Below the pieces are notes generated by a model. It was not told the origin of the DNA. It searched no databases and was given only the letters and a program-made list of their open reading frames with translations. DNA of 64,000 nucleotides from Balanoglossus misakiensis. Lineage: Eukaryota; Animalia; Hemichordata. The stretch spans positions 6,557,519-6,621,518 of the forward strand of contig CM082578.2 in the NCBI GenBank assembly GCA_040954595.2, read 5' to 3'. The position numbers and the translations under genes were made by a program. Positions 55,538 through 64,000 of the stretch are shown one piece after another (positions within the stretch are counted from its first letter, which is position 1; the number at the start of each line of letters is the position of its first letter).

Positions 55538-58500
55538 CTAGTCTCCTTGGACTTGAGAGAAGTCAAAAGGCTCTCCTGTCATACGTGAGTAGACTTCAAG
55601 GATGTTGTTACAAGTTGTCCGAAAGTGGGTAGATGCATCATAAGATGAGGTGATGAAGACCTGGAAAACGACACGAACAGGAGGAAAAAATAACGGTACA
55701 TTTCATTAGCAGACATAATCACAATGGACCAAAACATAGTCCATAATTCAGGACTTTCGAGTTGCTTTGAGCCTATGTAGAACCCCGAGGATTTAAGTTT
55801 TCGACACTAGGGGCGCTGTTCTTTTGACCAGAAGTGTGGGCCATGTTATCTACACCAGGCAATTATCATGAGGTGATGACAGACTTCAAATTGGTACCCC
55901 AATAACTTTGGAGGAAGTTTTGCTTCTGTCCGTCATGCTCATTTTTGTGAACGTCTCCATGAGAGATGTTACAGGTGGCTACGGGACTGAATTGAGAGTG
56001 GCCCGCATTTTTTGCACGTGAAAGGTGTTAAAAATCCTTGCTTTTCCCAACAACTGGAAAGTCCCATATTATTGCCACAAATTATTACTCTACATGTAAC
56101 AGCGATGCATGGTTCAGCTACTTAAAACGGCATGTGTTATGCACAGCGGATCTTTGGTTCCCGGCAAACTGTTCTGCCGTAGACAAAAAGTCTTTAGCTT
56201 ATAAAGTTCTTACGAAATGCCCACATCAAGGGACCTAGGCCTCAGGATTATGGGTACATATGTTCAATACCTTTGATTCGCTGCCATCATCAATTGGCTC
56301 GAAGATGTCATTGATAGTAACAAATTTCTCAAGTATGGGATCTAGGAGATCAAGACCGGGTTTGAGTTCAGCTTCTGGGTTACTAGTCTCCACAGTGGTC
56401 GATACGTATGCTATTTGGAAGCCCTTTGCAGCCACTTGGTGAGAATCAGAAACTGATGCCACATAGATATCTGTAAATACGAGAACATTCAGACAATAAC
56501 ACTACCCAACGCAGAAATCTAAAGTACACTATCAGAACAAAATTTCATGAAACAAGGATTCTTGGAATTTGAGTGTTTGTTTGCGACTTACCAGACTTCC
56601 TGTCCACTTGGCTATGTGGAATGATAATTTGACACGAGGAGCTGTCGCTGGTATTAGCAATGGGGTGCTGCAGTAGACATATAGCACGGACCACTTCGCC
56701 AACTTTCTTGACTTTGTCAGTTACATATGTTGGGTCACACACTACAGCTTTGCACTTGGCAGTCTCGCCCTGAGACGTGACTCCACACACTTGGCCATTT
56801 TCATCGTATACAAGTTCATCAATTTTTTTGTCCAACATGTAGGTGCCACCATAAATGGCCGCCAACCTGTTGAGTGCGACCACATTCGTCAACAGGAAAG
56901 TAAGCGCAACACGTTCACACTTGCATCTCACTTTCCCCGTACATGAATACATTCTCACATCACGAGTTAGAATGATGATCAAATTTCAGGATTAGAACGG
57001 TTTTGCTAAAAAAAACTATCATTTTTGAATGGCATACTTTTATAAGTAGTAGTAGTCATAAACACTACCCAGCATACATTCAGCAGCAAATGCTGGTAGT
57101 ATGTACGAAGATATAATCATCTGATATAATAATGGCAACTATCTCTGGAGGAGCTTTCATGTAACAAAAGATATGCTTGAACAAAGACATTTTTCCTTTA
57201 CACAGTCACTGGGCACAACGTAATTATGTGTACACTGCAGAAAACCTTAGCATGTTTAGAATAATATTACTGACCTTGCAAAAGCCTGGGGCAGTTCACC
57301 TAGACCGCGCAATGGGTAGATGTATGGTGACGTGCTATAGAGGGCTAGAGAGTCAATGTACAGTTGGATCCTACTTATTGTCTCAAGACACGGTTCATCT
57401 ATGTAACTGTGGGGAGAATATTATACTTGGAAAATGTCACAAAAGGACAACAAGCACACGCAAATACACTTGGACATCCCCAATAAACAAGGCCATGTTT
57501 CCTTCCAGTTGTATTATGTTTAATATTAAATTCTAACTACTGAGCATACACCCTGAATGAGATCAACACAAACATGCATGTTTATTACGTACCCATCATT
57601 TGTATGCAATGCCAGAGCATGGCCCGTGATATCCGCAATGTGACTGTCCAACCCGAGTTTGTCGTACACATCCTTCATTGTGCTCTTCTTAGGGTCTATA
57701 CCTTTCCATGTATTTGGGTCATCTTCATTGAAGTCTTGTATAAACCGCAAAAAATTTCTAAATCGGCGCTTCTCAAACATTCCCATCAGATCTAGCGACA
57801 AGAAAGTATTTATAGATGACTCGTATGATTAGACAAATTCCAAAGATTCAACGGTACAAAATGGGTTGGGGGGGGGGGGGAACAATGGCCACGTTGGTTG
57901 GTTTGGTGGACGGTAAGAGAAACGAGAAGCCCAGCCCCGAATTCGAACTCTGCTCAGTACCAGAAACTTGCTTAAAACAAGCAAATACACGAAAAGTATT
58001 GGGAATCACCAACCGACTAGTGAGCTAGTCCAGTTCACGTTATGAAACAATATACTATTCCTCTGTATATTCTCACTGTGCTACAGTGTATGCTTGCGGA
58101 CAGATGCACGGAGTTTGTCCTCAAAGAGCTCGTAAACAGAAGCGAGACATCAGAACTCATATCCATCGCACTCATCATTCCAGTTGAAAACAAAGACTTA
58201 AAACAACATTGAACAAAAAGTGTTTTTTTTTAAATGCAAAAGAAAAGTTTAAGTATGTTACCTGTAGCCAATGCTCTCTTTTCATCAGCGGGTACACGGT
58301 ATATTTTTGAATCTCTTTTATAAACGTAACTACCTTTTACAGACTCGAATTCCAAATATGTACTAACACCACAGTGGGCTAACAATTTCACCAGTTGCCC
58401 TAGTAAGAAAGAGAAAATCCAAGGATAATTAATTATGCGATGAAAAAGCTCCACTGAAAAAGATCCAGAGAAAACCAAAGTTAGTCATGCGATGTCTTCA

Positions 58501-61492
58501 GTACTATTTGCATCCAGTCCCTTTCAGAAGTAACGTTGTTCCTTATGTCTTTCATGTTTTAAACTCTGTCACTGTATATCAAAATACAGTAGGGCTAACA
58601 ACTTGGGGAGAAATTCATTCACTGTTCTCATGTGTTACTCACCTTTACCCATAATAAACTTTGGAACAAGATCGACATTCCAATCTCGGCTGCGACCAAG
58701 ATTTTCAGGTACCTTCTCCCCTGGAGAATACTTCTTGTATAACTGGAATTAAAAACAGAAACTTGCAGATTTCATGAAGGAAACCTGTGTCTGAACTATG
58801 GAATAACAATCATTGTAGCTAAAAACACAACGATGGTGAATAGATAATTACATGATAAATCATCACAATCAATATGTTGTTTAAGCAATAAAACACCCCC
58901 AGCCATGGTATACCACGAGATTTTGACCAGTTCACGACATATACGCACGAGCGATAGCGAGTGCGTATATGGAGTTGAACTGGTCAAAATCGAGTGGTAT
59001 ACCATGGCTGGGGGTGTTTTATTGCTATTATATTATGCCAGTATATTGAAACTTTGCATAAAACATTTTAAAAAGGCATTTTCTTTAACTATGATATATG
59101 ACTGTGGTATATGGCTAATATATCACGGTCACGTGTCGTGTCTCGACCAATCAAATAGCGTGATTTACACCATCAATATACTGGTATAATATAATACTTC
59201 ATACATTCCCACGTTACTTCCATATAACAACTTTTGGTGGGCAGGTAAACAATGGAAAACTACCTGTGAGCAGTTCATACAACTGCCGCCTGTCAACAAT
59301 AAAGTTGCTGGGATACTTACCTCATCTAAGGGAGTCAGTGATGCACTCTCTCCACCATAATAAGGATTCTTATCCATGTGTAACACCTTACGACCACTTA
59401 CTGTCAAAATACCACTAATGACACATTCCTGAAATAAATAAAAGCAAAACATTACAGAAAGAAATATTGGTCAAATACCAGGTTCACACTGGTAAAACTA
59501 GAAATGTTTCAGAGACACTATTTGCTATGTTTGTAAACACAGACACAGACCCAGTAGTTGTTTTCTGTGTTGTCATAGCAATGCCATTGTGGGACAAAAA
59601 ATAATGAAAGAAAGAAATAACAAAAACAACCATCATCATGTACAATGTCTGTCCTTACATGTACGAGGTGTCTCGCGCGATCGAGTGACTTGTGTCAAAG
59701 GTCCCGTCCGTGTGGTGATTAGGTGGGTATGCTCTAGTTTGTCCGTTTTCGTCTCACAAAGGCATTGCTTTGACAACACAGAGAATGCCTAAGAGGCCTG
59801 TGCACAGTGGATTGATGCTTTGAGTCGCTTTGTGTCCACACACAAAGACCCAGACGCTCGACCGAACAGACAATAGGCGGTTCAGCGGACTGGACGTGCC
59901 GGTTAGTACATGTACACGGAGGGGCGGCCGAACCGTTGAGTGAGGTTGAAAATACGGCTGAACTCAAAGGAGCAACAACTGGAGCGAGCACAGTCTCATG
60001 GAATCTGTGCACTGTTTACACGGCAATCGCGCTATGACTCAGAAAATGGGCAGGTCATGAAACGAACTCCACTGACCACAGGGAACAGAGTAATAAATCG
60101 TATAAATAACAAAAACACGATTTATACGATTTATTATTCTGTTCCCTGTAAACTGAAGACAAATGCATTGCCAAGTTCGGAAGATGTTTTCACTGCACAC
60201 AGAGGCGAAATTTAATCAATAAATCGGCATCGATACCACCCATCCCATGTCAAAATTCATACCTGCTATCCTCTTTACCCAATTTATAACGACCTTCTGT
60301 GTGTTTTGAGGCGATTTCTGAAGGGGGCGGCTTCGCGTTCTAGTCAATACACATTTGATCCACTTTCGAGCTACTTTCAGCTGTTCGCTGGAAAGTCCTG
60401 GTGCTATGGTTGATTGCCCACTGAGAAAATTCCTTCGCTTGGTACTTTCTATTTGGAAGGATGACGGAATCCAGCGATTGCCGGATGGCACTAGTACATC
60501 GAAGATTCTCTTCTGTATGGAGCAATTGCTTCAAAAGCGATTTGCTGAAAGCCTCTAGAGCTGCCACTTTTTGCATCATTTTCATGATTTCATTTTCCAA
60601 CTTAAATTGGACAGCATTTCAGACACATAAGAAAATCAAATGTCTGCAAAATTTTAATGATCTGTATGTCGTTGTTATATCAAATTTTAGAGTCTTCTCA
60701 AGAAGATACGAGTTTGAGTTCGAAAACCGGAAATCAGTAGGTCTTCGGTTTTCATGTAACTTTCTTTTCACCACAAAAGGAATTTCTTTGCACCTTGTTT
60801 TTCAAGTGTAACCTTCAATGAAAAGTTCCATGAATCGGTATCGGATCTTGCATTTGCCCACGAAATCTCTGTCCTCAAGAAAAGTGACATTTTTGAACAT
60901 AACATTTTAATCACGATGATAAGAAACGTTTACCGATTTTACGCTGGCTCAGGTCTGGCCGGCAAAGCCGTGTCATATCTGAAAAGTTCCAGGACCACTT
61001 CGGACCAAACCCTCCAACATAATCCACCTGTTGCAATTGCATTTTACATCGCTTGTTTCGTGCAAAAGTCCACTTGATCGGCCGTATTATCAACCAACTT
61101 TGGAAGAAAATTTCTCGATGAACCCTCCAAATTAACAAAAATCACCAAGAATAGCATTTTCTGATATCACAAGAAAAAGAAAAAATCTATAAATGGTATC
61201 ATATGGCCACACCCTTGGAGGGTGGCTAGAAAGTGAATTAACAGGTAACAGGTCGTTTCGGCGCTAAATCCTTTCGGCCCTAGTCATTTCGACCCGGACA
61301 CCCAAGTCTTTTCGGCACTTAGCGACGCAGACCCCTAGCCCAACTAAACTTGGCTCTAGGTCCCCCGGGGTACATACCCATATTATAAGGGTAAGGAAAA
61401 TACAGAGCGGTGTTAGTGCCGAAACGACTCGAAAGCAATTAACAAACCTTAAGACCGGTGCCAAGCACTATAACGTCATATTCTTTATCCAT
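55538..61492 (-). CDS. GDI: Rab GDP dissociation inhibitor, copy 2 (9 coding exons, divergent but open)
   Basis: [15 protein letters not shown] (61448-61492) / [28 protein letters not shown] / [19 protein letters not shown] / [14 protein letters not shown] / [14 protein letters not shown] / [26 protein letters not shown] / [11 protein letters not shown] / [12 protein letters not shown] / [27 protein letters not shown]. Introns are alignable with copy 1. Confidence 0.9.
55749..56064. mobile_element. ~315-bp insertion in the GDI copy 2 last intron, with short TIRs (ggactttc...gaaagtcc); possibly hAT-like
   Basis: Absent from the copy 1 intron (gtccataatt|gttgccacaaatt). Confidence 0.5.
58881..59194. 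mobile_element. Foldback (Crypton-like) non-autonomous element in GDI copy 2 intron 2
   Basis: ~145-nt hairpin gcaataaaacacccccagccatggtataccac...gtggtataccatggctgggggtgttttattgc, plus a second inverted pair (ccagtatattga/tcaatatactgg). Absent from copy 1. Confidence 0.7.
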
Positions 61493-62454
61493 TTCTCGAC
61501 GTCCAGAGTTTCCAATGGGCAATTGTTGCAGATGTATTAAAAGTACAAGATATACTGAATATCTCGCCTTCGAAAACTCCAAATGGTCTCCACGCGGACG
61601 ATTCACTCAGGGTAATAAGGATCAATACGCATTATTATAAATATAACAAAGAAAGCTGAAGACAAAGTCCAAACGACCTTCACCTGGCGTGGACGATTCA
61701 CTCAGGGTAGTAAAGATCAATACGCATTCTAGAATTACAATAAAGAAAGCTGAAGACACAGTCCCGAGTCCCAAACTTGAATTTACAGAGATTGCGGGAC
61801 AGGCGAATTTTAACGATCAGTTTCTGGCGTAATTGAGAAAAGTTGTAATATTCATACAAAACTTCGTGATATTGTAGAAGATTTAAAAAAATTTTTCTTC
61901 ATGTTGGGAAAATTTAGATTTTCAATATTACTTGAATAACAATTTTAAAGACTCACACACCTTCATGGTTGTCTGAGTATCACTGACGTCATCCGTTATT
62001 CCACTATCAGTCCTTGAAGTGTTAAAGGCACATAAGCTGCAACTTTGGGGATAATTATCATATATTTTTTCCAAACTGTACTGCCTTTTTTCCATTAATT
62101 ATGCTTGATACAAGCCAACATTTATGCTATTCTACATGCCTTGATCTTCCAGGTATTCAAACGTATCAAATCAGACCACATGTGAAACTTCCCCGTTTTC
62201 AACTTGATTAATGACGATGAGTACAGATCTCTTCCTGGTCTCTGAGCGGGCGGTTGAGTTGTTAACGGTGGTGTGGCTGTTCAACGCGAGTCGGTGGAAC
62301 GAGGCCTCGATCGGTTTTCCGCTCGCGTAGTCTTGTAATTTTGAAAGAATTGTATTAACTTTCTGTCACACTGCATAATAAGTGTTTTATTTGATCGCAC
62401 ATTTCCGTAGCAATCAAAACCCATATTTTTTTATGTTCACTGATGAATTTAAGG

Positions 62455-63120
62455 CCCATGTCGTCTGAAATCATGTTATCCCAAAAAGGACAACAGATAG
62501 CCTCTAGTAAGAGGTCTTACGTGATGCAATCAGTCAACAACGTAGCTCCGTAAAAATGTGAAACGTCTTTAAATACAGAATCTTTTTATTTCGATTTGAA
62601 AATAAAAAAAGATACGCGTAACATTCACAGTTTTGTGAGGGGGCGCATCCAATCGCCAATACTATATTCATCATTATGTATTCTGTGGTTGTTGTTTTTT
62701 AAGTTGATTAACAACTCTCAAAATGTCTAGCTTTCGGCACCGCAAGATGAGCTTTTTGTGAACTTGCCATGTAAGTAAAGAGATAATGACACCCCGTGTT
62801 TTACTTCATTTATACAGATGCATAGAAGAACATATCGATAGTGCGGACGTCTACTCAACCATACAGTATGTTTATAGGGAGAAGTCTTCTATTGGGTTTT
62901 CCGTGGCGTGGAATTTCGCCATGAATAATTTTGAATGCCTGAGTATATCGTCATTCTTTGTGCAAATTTCAAATTAGAGTTGTGTCCTCAGCGAATGAGT
63001 GGTGACTTGCATAAAGATGGCGATGACGTCATCTTTAATATGCAAGTCGGCCATTCCACTGCCTGATCGACTGTAACGTTTACCAGTTGAGTGCGTCGGC
63101 GAGGGCGCTGTTGTTCAGTC
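62455..63120 (+). pseudogene. Orphan duplicated fragment of aminopeptidase gene E (exon 15 plus flanking introns)
   Basis: 62818-62940 encodes [39 protein letters not shown] versus E's [38 protein letters not shown]. Flanks align with ~46546-47302. The original GT donor is lost and no neighbouring exons are present. Confidence 0.88.
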
Positions 63121-64000
63121 AGAGGCGAAATGTAAGCATTTTCATCAAACGCATTTAGACTTTCGATATGTGCAGGGGTATGCGTGTGTGTATGTGATAG
63201 AGAGAGACAGAAGGGTTGGACATCGGGCCATGTCTTGTGTTATATCCGTTTAATACAGTACATACTCAAGCATCCACAAGAAATGAAGATCATAAGTACA
63301 CTTGCTGTAAAAGAGTCCACTGATCTATCTAAAGCCAGAAAACTTCAACAGCAACTGGGGAGTATACATTCACCACCAGACACAAGATTAGAATTCAGAT
63401 TAAAGATAATAACATGCTCTTCTTTTTTTAGCCAGTTCTTGTGCTACGATAAAGATAATTCAAATGTTCGATCTATGGTTGTTTTGTCTGATCTCAATTC
63501 ACCCCCATTACTCCATAGTTCGCATGGTGTGGGGTCTCATCGCAGCAGTGCGATGGGGTTGGCCCCAACATGCGCAAGGGGAGATGGGTGAGAGAGCTGA
63601 CATTTGGAAGTTTATATATTTACTTACACGGTAATCTACACTGAACAGTGACCAAATAAAATCACTTGACACCTCGGGAGAAATCATCGTTCATCCCGCT
63701 TTGACATCATTATTATTCTATGGTCGCTTTATACTCTTCCCTTTTGTATGTTAATGATATGAATATTCCACGTGTCAAAGATCATTTTTAAATCGCATAA
63801 AAATCATTTAGCATCCACGAATCTAAATATTGATGGATTATCTGAAAATGTGATCTATGAAAAAAAAAACTGATTTTGTCATCCAATTCGCTGCTACCAC
63901 TCCTTATGTTGTAGGTAATCTCTTAAAATAGGCGAAACCCAGAATTCAAATGTGCCCTGGTACAAACACTTTGAAAACTATGTGCGTAAAACGGCCATAG

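Noticed and set aside
60190-60900. Long minus-strand frame (~237 codons, 4 internal stops) including [18 protein letters not shown]
   Set aside because: The most protein-like part is the reverse complement of a repeat terminus also found at ~35607-35662 in a different frame, and no family is recognisable. BLASTX would settle it.

Overview
Eukaryotic (metazoan) intron-rich genomic DNA, probably from a marine invertebrate (inferred from gene and repeat style; the species cannot be determined). The + strand carries a tandem cluster of five M1-family zinc aminopeptidase (aminopeptidase N-like) genes. A is 5'-truncated by the window; B, C and D are close paralogues; E is a divergent type-II membrane paralogue. 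B-E each have 17 coding exons. The - strand then carries two tandem, apparently intact 9-exon Rab GDP-dissociation inhibitor (GDI) genes, followed by an orphan duplicated fragment of gene E. Introns and spacers hold many microsatellites, MITEs/foldback elements, an L1/Tx1 endonuclease remnant and a probable decayed gene. Most notable observations: (1) A-D carry a conserved ~60-aa C-terminal tail (IVDGK.NGRRxPRxAEGxY) that E lacks, and B-D show a signal-peptide-like N-terminus with reciprocal loss of alternative start codons. (2) Substrate-recognition motifs are diversified (GAMEN/GGMEN/GATEF; SQCEA vs TKFTP) while structural exons look homogenised by gene conversion. (3) The second GDI copy has a burst of amino-acid replacements in the normally invariant RYGKS mobile effector loop / Rab C-terminus-coordinating region. 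Coordinates were read by hand and may be off by a few bases.
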